Below are positions 1-13,546 of a DNA stretch of 64,000 nt, piece by piece. A model generated the notes under the pieces. That model was not told where the DNA came from. It ran no database searches and was given only the letters and a program-made list of their open reading frames with translations. Within the stretch, counting starts at the first letter, position 1. Each line of letters opens with the position of its first letter. Source of the DNA: Octopus sinensis (lineage: Eukaryota); the NCBI RefSeq assembly GCF_006345805.1, contig NC_043002.1, forward strand, positions 70,122,001 to 70,186,000, given 5' to 3'. A program made the position numbers and the translations under genes.

Positions 1-601
1 CATACCTCATATAAATTCCATTATGCCTCAATTAATACTAACTTTTCATTAATTCCAATGCTGATTCTGTATAACTGCAACTGGACTTCAGATATTAAAA
101 GCAAACAAATGATCTTGAGATTGTAGGAACAGAAAATATTAGTTGTAATATAATTTGTTTTAAAGAGCCCAAACCAAGTCATTATAGTCAGTAGTGTCAT
201 CATTTCTGTGAACGTAACGATCTAAAGATGAGTCTTTAATGAGTTGTCGTGGGAATATTAATTACTATGTTTAATAGCTTCTGTTGATTTCCTCTAAAAT
301 CCGGTCAGCTAACCAAACAAGCTAATAACATTAAATCGTCGAGGTAATAAAATGGATCTCTAACTTTAAAGATCAGCATCGGAACAGCTCTAACGTCATG
401 TATAAGAAAGGTGATGAAAACATATAATAATAAATAATAATGGAAAGCACATGAGCAAAGCTGTGAATTGACAAAATCGGTAGAGTGACGGACAAAATAT
501 CAAGTCCCACCAAGGTTTTAGCTTGCTTTTTAATATATGTCACTTCAGTGCTGGGATCGAGCAAATCGACTGTATTCATCCTCCCAAATTTTAAGATCCT
601 G

Positions 602-623
602 TATAGGCCAATGATGATGATGT

Positions 624-666
<43 letters not shown>

Positions 667-715
667 AATAATAATAATAATAATAATAATAACGATAGTA
701 ATGATAATAATAATA
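602..715. repeat. (ATG)n/(ATA)n compound trinucleotide microsatellite
   Basis: Direct reading of the sequence. Confidence 0.95.
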
Positions 716-1120
716 ACACCGGGGACGTTTAAGATGTGAGAACGATAAAACAGCGCTCCGAAATCTATCCACAAACATCGAAAACAAAGACATCGTATGG
801 AGCCAAAAATTCACTGACAAAGGATTGGACTATATCCGAGTAAGTAATACTCATTGAAATTTATTACTATTTTCGAAACGAAATTATGTATTTTATCTCG
901 ATATCATCTCCACCTCTAACACAACACATGTAAACATGCGTGAAACATTACGATCCATCAACACCAGATCATCTCCGACCCCAAACACCATGTACAAAAA
1001 AACTACAAAGAAATTAAATAACACCGATATTATTGAACCCAAGAATAACAATCGGGAAGTACGTACTTTAAACTTACAACATAAAATGTACGAAAAACTA
1101 CACGTGCAAAACAATGTGAC

Positions 1121-1122
<2 letters not shown>
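716..1122 (+). mobile_element. Isolated 5'-end fragment of the R4/Dong-like element (inverted relative to 5348-5734)
   Basis: acaccggggacgtttaagatg...cacgtgcaaaacaatgtgacaa aligns by eye along its whole length with the reverse complement of 5348-5734. Confidence 0.9.
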
Positions 1123-1207
<85 letters not shown>

Positions 1208-1216
1208 TTATTATTA

Positions 1217-1291
<75 letters not shown>

Positions 1292-1305
1292 TAATAATAA
1301 TAATA
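1123..1305. repeat. (TTA)n run joined to an inverted (TAA)n run
   Basis: Direct reading; orientation switches near 1263. Confidence 0.95.
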
Positions 1306-1429
1306 TTAATGGTCTACAGCAAATATTCTGCTCAGTACCACAGAGATATGTTTTTCAGTTCTTTGACCTTAACCAGTTGAACATGTCCTTAGTGGCTGAC
1401 GATATGTGCATCTCTGATCACGAGCAGAA

Positions 1430-1750
1430 GAAAAAGATTGCCAGCATTAAAAAACATCAACAGAAGGAATCTAAAAGTAATGACTAGGAAAGTAGATTCT
1501 GTTATCAGGAGAATAGATAATAAAAATATAGAAGACACTAACTTATTGATCCATGCAGGAGAGGTAGTAGTTACCAGAAGATTAGCTGTCTCACAGGGAA
1601 ACATTAAAAAAGAGCAAATTTGGGAAAGGAGACTACAAAATAAAGTGAAGTCTTTAAGACAAGATCTGAGTAGAAAAGAAACCTGGAAACTGAACATGTT
1701 AGGAAGCACAAGATGCAGATCCTCCCTCGAGAAAAGATACTTAGTCAAAG
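1430..1750 (+). pseudogene. N-terminal ORF fragment of a second R4/Dong-like family
   Basis: Translation IEDTNLLIHAGEVVVTRRLAV...IWERRLQNKVKSLRQDLSR resembles the pre-RT region of R4/Dong proteins and the 4600-4836 peptide ITELNDLIYA of the main element; followed by (ATT)n. Confidence 0.65.
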
Positions 1751-1792
<42 letters not shown>

Positions 1793-1886
1793 TAGTTTTA
1801 TTTTTATAGCGTGCTTTCACTTCACTACCGAGCGCAGCTCTGTGTGCTTTGGGTATGTGCTGTGATTTGTTGTGATGCTCTGATGG

Positions 1887-2573
1887 TTATTGTATGGAAA
1901 GTGTTCTGCGTAGGATGTGTGCAGTGCCTAGTAGTGCAATTTTCTGTATGTTATATGTGTTTGTAAGTCCTGGTGTTTTTGTTATGTATTTGTCTGAATA
2001 TTTTTTTATCATGCCTAATGCACCTACTATGATAGGAACTGTTTCTGTTTTCAGGTTCCACATTCTAGTTACCTCTATTTCCAGGTCTTTGTATTTTGAG
2101 AGTTTCTCCATTTCTTTTAGAGACACGTTGTCATCTGCCGGTATTGATACATCAATTAGAAAGCATTTTTTTTCTTCATGATCTCTGACAACTATATCTG
2201 GTCTGTTGGCCTTAATTTCTCTATCTGTGTGTATCGGCATATCCCAGAGTATGGTAGCTTTCTCGTTTTCTGTGACCTTTTCTGGTGTGTGCCTATACCA
2301 TCTTTTTTTCTGTGTTATTCCATAATGTTGGCATAGCCTCCAATGTATGTAGGTTCCAACTCTGTCATGTCTGTGAATATATTCCTTCTTAGCCAGGACT
2401 GGGCAGCTAGAGATAATATGATTTATTGTTTCTTGTCCATCTCCACATATTCTGCAGTTACTTGTAATATTTCTTTTCATTACATGTTTTTGGTAATTTC
2501 TGGTGGGGAGGCTTTGGTCTTGTGCTGCAATTAAAAATCCCTCTGTTTCTGCTTTGAGTCCTGAGCTTCTCAA
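1887..2573 (-). pseudogene. C-terminal zinc knuckle and restriction-like endonuclease (RLE) of the R4/Dong element
   Basis: CRICGDGQETINHIISSC, RHDRV, NRPDIVV, LIDVSIP, EKLSKYKDL. Confidence 0.92.
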
Positions 2574-2969
2574 CCATTGCTGGGATTTTTCTTTGTCTAT
2601 TTCTTTTGCGTTTAGTTTAGTGCAATATTTACCATGAAGGGGTTTTTTCTTGCCATCGTTTTATCATGGCTCGTTGCTGTTCTATTTTTAGTTTGGATTT
2701 CATTTGTTTTATAGCTTTTGTTGTTTCTTCATCATCTTCTTCTTCTTCTTCTTTGTGTTTATTAGGTGGTATGATTTCTTGTTTGTATTTGTCAGCTTCC
2801 TTAAATACTGAGAACAGTTTTTTGTTTTGCTCGTGTTTTGCCGCTATTTGTATCAGTTTTCCTTCCTTCTGAAGTAGATATTTTTGCAGTCCTATGGTGG
2901 TTATTATATAGTAGTTTTCCAGCTGTATAAGGCCTCTACCACCTTCTATACGTTGTATATATAGTTTTT

Positions 2970-4286
2970 CTATGTCAGATTTTGGGTGATGCATCCTATT
3001 TTTCTTGTTTTCCTATCTATTTTGGACAGTTCATTTCGTGTCCAATTAAGGATATTGTAGCTGTAACTTATAACTGGGACAGCTAAAGTGTTGATACCTA
3101 TTATCTTGTTTTTAGCATTGAGCTCTGTTTTTAGTATTGATCTAACTCGTCTATAATATTCTTTTTTTATTTTCTCTTTCATTTGTGTGTGTTGTGTCTT
3201 ATCTAGTTCATGGATTCCTAAGTATTTGTAAGTTTGGCTTTGGTCTAATTCTTTTATTTCATTGGTTTTATCTAGTGTGATATTGTTACTCTTAACTAGT
3301 TTTCCTCTTTTCATGGTTACTTTGGCGCATTTTTCTAATCCAAATTTCATATCTATTTCTTTGGTAAATCCATGAACTGTCTTTAATAGTGTTTCCAGCT
3401 GTTTGTCATTTTCAGCGTATAGTTTTAGGTCATCCATATATAAAAGGTGGCTGATCGTTTTGCCGTAACATTTATATCCGCATCCAGTTCTATTTAGCAT
3501 ATCAGATAGAGGTGACAGTGCCAAGCAGAAAAGGAGTGGAGAGAGCGTGTCTCCCTGGAATATTCCTCTTCTAATGGGGATGTCTTTGGTTTTCATGAGT
3601 CCCTCTTTTGTTTGGAGGTGTAGGACTGTTTGCCATTTATTCATAGAGTGCTCTATGAATTTTATGATTGTTGGTGCTACTTTGTTAATGGCTAGTGTTT
3701 CGAGGATCCATGTGTGGGGGATGCTATCAAACGCCTTTTTGTAGTCAATCCAGGCCATACTGAGGCCTTTCTTTCTGTGGCTGTCTTCAGTTACGGCTTT
3801 ATTAATCATTAGTTGATCTTTACAGCCATATGAGCCCTTGCGGCATCCTTTCTGCTCTTCTGGGAACAGATTGTCTTCGTCCAGGTGCTTGTTCAGTCTT
3901 TGCGATATCACTGCAGTAAATGCCTTGAACATAGTAGGGAGGCAGGTTATTGGTCTGTAGTTTTCTGGTTTTGTTGTTTCATTTGATTTGGGAATTAAGA
4001 TGGTTTTCCCCTTCGTGAGCCATTCAGGCATTGTCTCTGGCTCTGCTAGTATGCTGTTAAAGTTTTCAGCCAGCTTTTTGTGCATTCCTGTTAGATATTT
4101 CAACCAGAAGTTGGGGATCTTGTCATGCCCAGGTGCCTTCCAGTTGCTTAGTTTTTGCAGTGCCTGGGTGACCTCTTCAGTTGTTATGGGGGTCCAAAGT
4201 TGTTCAGATGCCGAATTTGTTATTTTGATACTCCTTTTTTTTGGCTGTTCGTTCGCCGACCATATTTCTTTCCAGAATTCTTTCAA
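2970..4286 (-). pseudogene. Reverse transcriptase domain of the R4/Dong element
   Basis: KAPGHDKI, YRPITCL, QKGCRKGSYGCKDQL, IDYKKAFDSIPH, GIFQGDTLSPLLF, YMDDLKL, FGLEKC, YKYLG motifs. Confidence 0.95.
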
Positions 4287-5786
4287 TTCTTCTGCCGTTG
4301 GTGCTGCAGTGACTTCTATTTTATTTTTGCCCAGTTCTTGGTAGAACTTTTTGGGGTCGGAGTTGAACTTTTTGTTCTGTTCAAAGAAGCGTTGGCGTTT
4401 CTCGTACCGGCGGATCCTTTGAGCTTTGGCAAGGATATCTTACTTCAGCTTTTCTTTTATCTCCGGCAAATCTTTTTCTGTGATGTTATATTTGCGGAGC
4501 ATTTTTGTTCTCTTTTTGTTGCTCAGTAGCATTGCTTGTTTGCTGATTTCATTAAGAATCGACAGGTCTTTTCTATTTTTTTAAATTTTGTTTTGGATGT
4601 TATTTATCCACAGGGTTTGTTTGGTGGTGGTACTCCTGTTTGGGCGGGTTTGGGTGAGTATCCAGCTTCTTTTGTGGCTGCAGTGGCTGCTGCGCGTATA
4701 TCAAGTCATTTAGTTCAGTGATATCACTTTTTTTTGTTTCAGTGGCTAGTTCAGTGACGGCTAGGTTTATGTTGTTTATAATTGGTGTTGTTATTGCGTT
4801 TATTTTTATTCTTGGGAGGTATGGTCGGTGGTCCATTTTGAGCTCTGTGGTTTTTAGTTCTTTGATTATTTTATTTTTATATTATCATAATCATTAGGCT
4901 CCCCTTCGTTGTTTACATCGTGTTTGTTGGGAATGTTGCGCTTGTCTTCGTGTTTTACAGTTTCAGTGTTTATATTATTGGGCATTGTTGTGTGGCTTCT
5001 ATCTACATTTTCCTGGTGTATTTTTTCTTTTAAATGTTCTATTTCTATTTCTGATATTTTTTTGGCTTGAGAATGTATCTTCGTACGTTAGCTAATTTAT
5101 TAGGGTTCATTGCTGTATCCAAGTCTATATCTCTATTATTTTCCTTCCATATTTTATATGTATGTGTTGTTGTATTTTCATTTTGTGGGTAGAGCATTGC
5201 TGTGAAGTATGCGTGTAAGATAGAAATGTATTCCTCACGTGTCCATTTACGTCTTTTGGGTTTTAATTGCGGGACATGAGGTACACAACGTCCGGCCATT
5301 ATTTTGACGGTCGTCATTTTCGTAGGGTACCGGTCCGTTTATTTCTGTTGTCACATTATTTCGCACGTGTAGTTTTTCGTACATTTTTTGTTGTAGGTTT
5401 AATGTACGTACCGCTCGATTGTTATTCGGGTTGAATAGTATCGGTGGCATTTAATTTCTTCGTAGTTCCTTTGTACATGGTGTTTGAGGTCGGGGATGAT
5501 CGTGTGTTCCACGCATGTTACATGTGTTGTGTTAGAGGTGGAGATAATATCGAATCAAAATACATCATTTCGTTTCGAAAATAGTAATAATTTCAATTCG
5601 TATTACTTACTCGGATATAGTCCAATTCTTTGTTAGTAAATCTTTGGCTCCATAGGGTGTCCTTGTTTTCGATGTTTGTGGATAGATTTCGGAGCTCTGT
5701 ATTTTCCTTCTTACATCTTAAACGTCCCCGGTGTCTTCTCTTAAACTTCCCCGGTGTCTTCTTCTTAAACGTCCCCGGTGTCTTCC

Positions 5787-5857
<71 letters not shown>

Positions 5858-5881
5858 AACAACAACAACAACAATAATTAT
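5787..5881. repeat. (TTA)n(AAC)n microsatellite between two head-to-head R4/Dong elements
   Basis: Direct reading. Confidence 0.95.
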
Positions 5882-6627
5882 AATACCAACTCAGTGAAAA
5901 GGGATATATACCACATAAGTGTAACGAACCTCTGCAGAATGTGTTGGAAGTATGTCGAAAGCGTGAATAACATTCTTAGTGCTTGTGAAAGTCTTGCGCA
6001 GAAAGAGTAGAAGCGTAGACACGACAAGGTAGCCCAAAAACTTCACTGGCTCCTATGTCGGATGTATGTGTACGAGGTAACATGTGCTTGGTACCAACAT
6101 ACACCGGAAAAGGTAATGGACGAAAGGGAGATGGCAAAAATCCTCTGGAGCTTTGACTTCCAGATAGACAAGGTGTTAGAGCACCGAAGGCCGGATATAG
6201 TAACCTTTAAGAGGGACAAACAATAGTGCCTAATAATCGACGTGGCAGTGCCAGGAGATCAACATATTATCATGAAAGAAAGAGAAAATATTGATAAATG
6301 TGGTGGAGACCTGAGAATTGAGATCGCCAAGAGAATTGAGATCGCCAAGATCGCTATAGGAGGCAAACATAAAGGTTGTCCCTATTGTCAACACCACCCA
6401 TACTGAAAAAAAAAAGAAAAACATTTGGAAACTTTAGAAATACCCTACAATCTGGTGTATTGCAAAAATCGACAATTAATTGGAACTGCACGCTTATTGC
6501 GTAAAGAACTGTCTGTCTGACGTCCTTGCTGTGACTTGACAAACTGTACAAACCCCTGGTAGACAGTATCTCCAATCAACATCATGATACTGGATACAGT
6601 GTGACGTCTAAAATAATTATAATAATA
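5882..6627 (+). mobile_element. 5'-truncated R4/Dong-like element of another family (zinc knuckle + RLE + 3' UTR + TAA tail)
   Basis: CRMCWKYVESVNNILSAC, (K)RRHDKV, WYQHTPEKV, RRPDIV, IIDVAVPGD across stops; ends in taattataataata. Confidence 0.85.
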
Positions 6628-6779
6628 CTAACAAAAACACCTCTGGAAACAGAGGTGTTTCGTTCAACATCCTTAAACAATCCTTATTCAGAGACCTTTT
6701 GTGCGGCATGTGCTACTCGACCTGAAGAAAATTCTAACGGGGCCCTACCTACAAGTTCATGCACTGTTTATCTTGATAT

Positions 6780-6919
6780 GAGATCATCATGTCACGTACA
6801 TATGGTTGTGATGCATGTGCCGGGTGTGCCCTAATCAGATGCTTAGTCATAATGGGTATACTGGGCTTCGTATATTTTACTCCAGTGTCACTTTGATGGC
6901 ATGCACTGCTCTCTCACTC

Positions 6920-7013
<94 letters not shown>

Positions 7014-7030
7014 GTAATGATAATGATAGT
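6780..7030 (+). mobile_element. Probable LINE 3' end with long (AAT)n tail, family unassigned
   Basis: About 140 bp of unique sequence ending ctctcactc followed directly by about 110 bp of (AAT)n. Confidence 0.45.
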
Positions 7031-10000
7031 AATAATCCTTTCTACTATAAACACAATATATCTGAAGACATATCAACATCATCAACATCATCATTTAACA
7101 TTCGTCCTCCATGCTGGCACGGGCTGAGCGATTTCACATGATTCACTTAGCCAGAGATTTGCGTGGAATTCTTATGTCTGTTTCGTCTTGTTTTTTAGAA
7201 CTCGATACCCCTCTAACACCAATCACTCTACAAAATCTGCCGTGTCCTTCCTTTATTTTTTTTTTATTAAAAAGAAAAAAACATACAAGTGTGTAGTCTA
7301 TTTCCAGAAGTTCGAACAACTGTATTGGAGTTTTGTCGTTCGATCGTGCTGAAGTGGTTCTTAATTTATTGACCTCAATCAGATAAAAAATTAAACTGGT
7401 CTCTGTAGGATTTGGACCTGGATCTCTCAGATCACAATTGGAACAAATACAGCGAGGCATTCTATCCGGCTTTCTAACAACTCTGTCAAAAGTGGATCGA
7501 AGGACATAATCCTAAGTATAGTGTATCAGGAAATAAAACAGAAGAATTCCAGTAGGAATGCTTGTAAGCATAGGTTTTCGTAGATCGAGAGTGGTAAAGG
7601 GTTAAATGACAGTAATTGCTAGAGTGTTAGACTATTTACACTTAGAAGAATTCGAAATTATTTCGGCAATTTAGAAACTACGCATTCTTTATGAATTTTC
7701 ACATTAACAGTTGAAGAAACTAGTTCTAAAATTATTTAAGTCACATGAAAATGGAATATATGTTAGGAATATTTAAACTCAGTTTTATGCGTTGAATACT
7801 CTTTGTTTTATTTGTACATTGAAGACTATATAGACATGGAATATCATAAAATTGTGGTGGATTATAAAAATTTTGAAACGTGAAATTACTTCACATCTAT
7901 TTCTTATCTCGAACAACACACTTTCTGACACTTATTCCACATATTTCTTTTTGTATCTTTTACGGTATATCTTCTTCGTTATTCCATGTAACTCATCTAC
8001 ATCCCATCCCAACGACACTATTACTGTTCATCTTATTCCATTCTTTACAATTACATTTATTAACTTTACCAAAGCCATTTTGTGCACAACCATAATTTTT
8101 TACATGATTATTCATTACCACATAATTTCATTATTAAAAGTTTTTTTTATATTTATTCGTTTTTACTACATTTTAACTACTTCGCTTCTCTGCCTCAATA
8201 CCATCGATTATCTCTTCATACTTTCGTTGTTTCAATCTCCACTTTTTTACTATTTCTCAGAGGCCCTCCTACTTTTGCTACCTAAAGTTTAATTCTACAA
8301 TTACACTCTAATTTTCTAATTATTTTTACCATTCTATTTTTCAATTCTTAACTTTTCCTAATGTATATGTCCTTCCGACTGCCTTCCATACTTCATTTTG
8401 ACCCATATCTCCTACCATATTATTATTTTTATCTTGTTATTTTCCTTTTACCCTATTTGGCTTCTCTTTCATACCATCTGCCCTTTCTCACTTATTCTCG
8501 TTTCTTCTTCCTTCTTTGTCATCTTTCTATTTTATTTCTTCCTTCCTTCCTCTATAATCTGCATTACCGTCCAACCATACTTCAACCATTTATAATAAGT
8601 CATTACACGACCTGACTTACATAGCGTATATTTCCATACCTATGTCGCCCTTAAGATAGCTTTCACTTCCTTTTACATTCCATCACATTTTAACCTTTAA
8701 CATTGACACTTAAACAGCTATAACCCCTACTCTCCCCTTCCTATAATCCATTTAATCGCGACTCCTATAATATAGAGTTATTTCCATCTTTCATTCTTTA
8801 CTATCTATATTTTCTTTCAATAGCTTTTTGAAGCATCATCATGAACATAGGAGCAATTCATATTGCTAATGCCTTTAACTGGTTTTAATTTCGAATGGAA
8901 CGAATTCCCGATTTTCTTGACCTAAACCCTGTCTCATAGTCTGCTTTCTTATCTTAATTTAGCCTTTCGCACCACTTCTTTTCGCTTTTATAAGTGTGTA
9001 TGTACGTGCGTGTGTGTATGTGTGTGTCTATCTACCTACTTATCTGTATGTGAATATATGCATATATACATTCGTACATACATGTATATATATGTATGTG
9101 TGTGTATATATATATATATACATACATATACGCACATCTATCTATCTATCTATCTATCTATAAATGGAGAGAGAGAGAAAAAAAGAGAGAGAGAGAGAAA
9201 AAGAGAGAGAGAGAGAGAGACGGCATGGCTAAAAAATGAAGTGGTAACTTCGAATAAATGAACGTACTCTATATGTTTGAATATTTTCTTAGTTTGTAAA
9301 TCTGACCAATCAATCACGCACGCGCGCACATACACATTCACACGCGTGCGCAACATATATAAACATCGTATGATTATATATATATATACATATATATATA
9401 TATACATACACGTATTGTATATGCGCGTATAGCCATTTCCTATACCAATTGAAGTCAGTATGTCAAATTCTCAACAACAGAAAACTTTACAGAAACAGAG
9501 AGGGTTAGAGAAAGAGGCTGAGAGATAGAGAGATATATATACAGATAGATAGAGAAAGAGAGAGAGAGAGAGAGAGGAATGGGGTGAAAGAAAAATGGGT
9601 GGGAGAAAGTGAGTTGAGAGAAATCTCGATGTAATAGGAAAAGAGGAACCGCGTGAGAGAGCTGGAACGGATTGTGTTGATAAGTAAATGAATAAAACGA
9701 TTCGATTGTTTGTTTTCTTTTCTCTTTATACCCCACTCTCTTTTTCCCTCTCTTTTTTTTTCTCTGTTTTTCTCTCTCTCCACCACTCCATCCTCACTTT
9801 CTTACGTGGAAGTAAATTGGGTAAGAATAAAAAGAAAAAGGAAAAGGAAAAAAAAACCAAAAGAAAAAGAACACGAAACTAACAAGATTTTATTAATGGC
9901 TTCTCTTAAGATTAATGTTAAATACGCACCAGACAATCAGAAAGTATATAGTGTAAGTCACGCAATATTTGTGACTATAACGACAAAACTGCTTAACTGA

Positions 10001-10909
10001 AATATACTGAAGGTGTAGAGGATAGAAGGAAATAAATCAGTTTATCACACATACAGCACCCATTTTTTCACTCCGTATGAAATACTCGCAAAATCATAAA
10101 AGCCATGCACACACTAACCAAATATTATAAACCTCTTACAGCCCTAGGCTTTAATAAGCTTTTAAACAACTGGAGAGAGATGTTGATATTGCTCTTTTAC
10201 GCCCGGACGAAATAAATAAATAAATGCGAATTGGTAGAAATTGTAAAGTAGTTGATAGAATGGTTTTGTATTTACTTTCGTATTTTTAAAAAATTTTTAT
10301 AAGTTCATACCTTTACTAGGTTGACTTTGTATTTCAATCCTCTTAGGTCGATATAAGAATATGTATGGTATACGCGGACCCTTAAGTGCAAGTCGGATGC
10401 AGTGCCACCATCGATGTAATCAACCGCAAATGTTGCGTAACGTTTCACACGAAGTCATTTATGTGGAGCTGTGCCGAAACAACTGGAACTAGTAATAAAG
10501 AGGGGTTCATTCATTATTCGTCTTATTTGGATTACGTACACATACATACATACATACATACATACATACATACATACATACATACACACATACATACATA
10601 CATACATACATATATACATACATATATACATACATACATATATACGTACAGGCATACACAAACATATGCATATATATATATATATATATATACATACAGA
10701 CACAAGCATACACACACACACACACACACATACACACACACACATATATATATATATTATATCAAGACAATTACCTCCCACTAGGACAAATATCCCTCCT
10801 GGTTAATTATCTCCTCTCCAGTATATTAAGTTTTAAATCATCATCTGTTGTCCTTAGGGGTAACTATCCTTGGGGAGTTATAGTCCATGGGGGTAAATGT
10901 CCTAGACTC

Positions 10910-10942
<33 letters not shown>

Positions 10943-10969
10943 GTGTGTGTGTGTGTGTGTGTGTGTAGA

Positions 10970-11252
10970 GGCGCAATGGCCCAGTGGTTAGGGTAGCGGA
11001 CTCGCGGTCGTAGGATCGCAGTTTCGATTCCCAGACCGGGCGTTGTGAGTGTTTATTGAGCGAAAACACCTTAAAGCTCCACGATCCCCGGCATGGGGTG
11101 GTGGCTATCTCTGCTGTACTCTTTCACCACAACTTTCTCTCACTCTTTCTTCTGTTGGCCTGCTCGCTTAGTCAGTGGGACGGCGTCATTTGAAGGCTAA
11201 AACAATGCAAAGCGCATTGCGACTTGCGATGTGTAGCAACATCTGATGGCCT

Positions 11253-11256
<4 letters not shown>
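10970..11256 (+). mobile_element. tRNA-derived SINE, family C
   Basis: A box tggcccagtggttagg and B box gtttcgattccc; homologous to 51368-51612 (-) and partly to 39530-39830. Confidence 0.85.
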
Positions 11257-11344
<88 letters not shown>

Positions 11345-11584
11345 TATGTATATATTATACATATACGTAGACATATACACATATGTATATGTATATATTT
11401 ATATATATATACACATATACGTACACATGTAGACATATGTATATGTATATATATATATATATATAATATATATATTATATATATATGTATGTATACGTAC
11501 ACACGTACACAGTGTATGTGTATATATATATACCTATATATATTATATATATATATATATATAGATAGATAGCTAGATAGGTTT

Positions 11585-12065
11585 GGCCCACATTGGCCCA
11601 GGCCATATCAAACTTAATAGTACCACATGGAAAAGACATTTAGTAATGTATTTTTGGATAGTTATTTCTAGACACCATTGCCCATTCGATTAAAGAGTTG
11701 TTTTTGCAGCAGTGTATCCGGGTGTAGGTGGTTTATCTGGAATCTGTTGGAGATATTCATCCAGGAACTTTTTGAAGGTTATGAAATCTTTTTCATCTTT
11801 TATATGTTTTGGAATGATGTTGAAATGAGCAGATCCAGTTGAGTAGAAGTAGTTCTGTCTTAATGCTGTGATGTGCTGACAGCACGAATTCTGTAGAGGA
11901 CGCTTTGTACGGGGACCAAGCCTTGGATGGATTTTAGAAGTGATATCGATATCATTTGGGCAACACTGTCGGAACAATTTCTACATCATACAAATAACAA
12001 AGCGCTCTCGGCGGCACTGGAGAGAGTACAGTTTGAGATTCGCGAGTCGAACCCAGTAATTAAGA
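11585..12065 (-). mobile_element. 3' end of a CR1/L2-type LINE
   Basis: LKLYSLQCRRER...FKKFLDEYLQQIPDKPPTPGY, typical RT C-terminus, followed by a short UTR. Confidence 0.8.
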
Positions 12066-12121
12066 CCAGACATGCCATACATACATACATACATAGATAC
12101 ATACATACATACATACATACA

Positions 12122-12152
<31 letters not shown>

Positions 12153-12184
12153 ATATGTGTGTGTATATATATTCTTTTCTACTC

Positions 12185-12346
12185 TAGGCACAAGGCCCGA
12201 AGGGGCTAGTCGATTAGATTGACCACAGATCGAAAGGATGAAAGCAAAGTTGACCTCGACGGAATTTGAACTCAGAACGTAAAGACTGATGAAATACCGG
12301 TTAGCATTTCGCCCGACGTGCTAACGTTTCTGCCAGCTCGCCGCCT
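12185..12346 (-). mobile_element. tRNA-derived SINE, family B
   Basis: Reverse complement ggcggcgagctggcagaaacgttagcacg...ttctgagttcaaattcc. Confidence 0.9.
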
Positions 12347-12398
12347 TTGTATGTATATAAATTGAATTATACATATATATATATGTATGTATATGTGA

Positions 12399-12479
<81 letters not shown>

Positions 12480-13187
12480 TACAATATGTGTGTGTGTGTG
12501 TGTGCTGGTCAATAATTTGTTGGGTGAGATTCGGGCCAATACCGTTTCCCAAAACATTCTACTGTTGAAGTGAAGCCCGGATGGGACAAAGAAACACGAG
12601 ACACATTGCGATAGTATTTGTTATTTTACAATTATTTGCTTTTTTTTTAATAAAATACTTCCTTTGAAACTTAAGAAAACGAAGCTCTTGATTTCGAACT
12701 AGGTTCCCTTATCTCTATAATATCTGTCATATAGTGTTTTTGTTGTTTTCCCAAATATATTTCACTGTTTTCTTATATGCAGATTTATTGTTCATTAACG
12801 ATCGTCTGCTCTTCTTGTCTAGCGAGATTCTTTCTCTTATACTCTCTTTCTTTTAGTACATTGTTTCTCTCGAAGTGGTGCATTTCTCTTGAAGCAATAT
12901 GGCGACGTAAACTGTAGGGAAGTAATGTAAAAGGTCAAACTATCATACAGCGTTAAGTTTATTTTCTCACTGCCACTCTTCCCCATACTCCTCCCCTTCT
13001 CCTTCTTCACCTCTCCTCCTCTCTTCCTCCCCTCCCTCCTCCTCTTCACTATCGTCGTTATTAACCTATATGACCCGAACAATGAAGTCATTCAACCTGC
13101 AAATCTCGTAACGTGTTTATTAAAAGTTTTGTATCTGATGGTACATGAAATTTATTCATAGAAGTTTGAATTTGAAATTTTTGCTCC

Positions 13188-13240
<53 letters not shown>

Positions 13241-13468
13241 CATTTTATACGTACGTGTGTTGACAACCATAAGTATACATATCTTTGTGCGCACATACAG
13301 ATATGAACATAGAAAGACGTACTGAGTGATTTAGTTCTAGTTGAACTTTTTCTTACAGAACAAAAGAGGATAGGTGAGTGTCGTAGATCGAACAGCTTTA
13401 ATCATAGCTCTGCTCAGTCAAGGGATTAAATTGGGACTAAATAAAAAATTTAAAAAAAAATAATAATT

Positions 13469-13469
<1 letters not shown>

Positions 13470-13546
<77 letters not shown>

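Larger units (their letters stand above)
1790..5786 (-). mobile_element. Near-full-length R4/Dong-clade non-LTR retrotransposon (single ORF, RT + zinc knuckle + restriction-like endonuclease), frameshifted
   Basis: Colinear minus-strand pieces: 5045-5317 (KRRKWTREEY), 4600-4836, 2970-4286 (RT), 2629-2994 (HPKSDIEKLYIQRIEGGRGL), 1887-2573 (CRIC..H..C, RHD, RPDIV..D..K). Both ends abut (TAA)n/(TTA)n. Confidence 0.93.

Noticed and set aside
5593-5720. Short ORF and ccga|gtaagt donor-like site in the R4/Dong 5' region
   Set aside because: Differences between the two copies are mostly non-synonymous and no acceptor could be paired with confidence.
7650-8830. Strand-skewed (T/C-rich) tract with 60-146-aa ORFs
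   Set aside because: Possibly a very old antisense LINE, but no diagnostic motif survives; the ORFs are compositional.
10970-11045. SINE C and D heads as functional tRNA genes
   Set aside because: They continue into SINE bodies and lack a closing acceptor stem.
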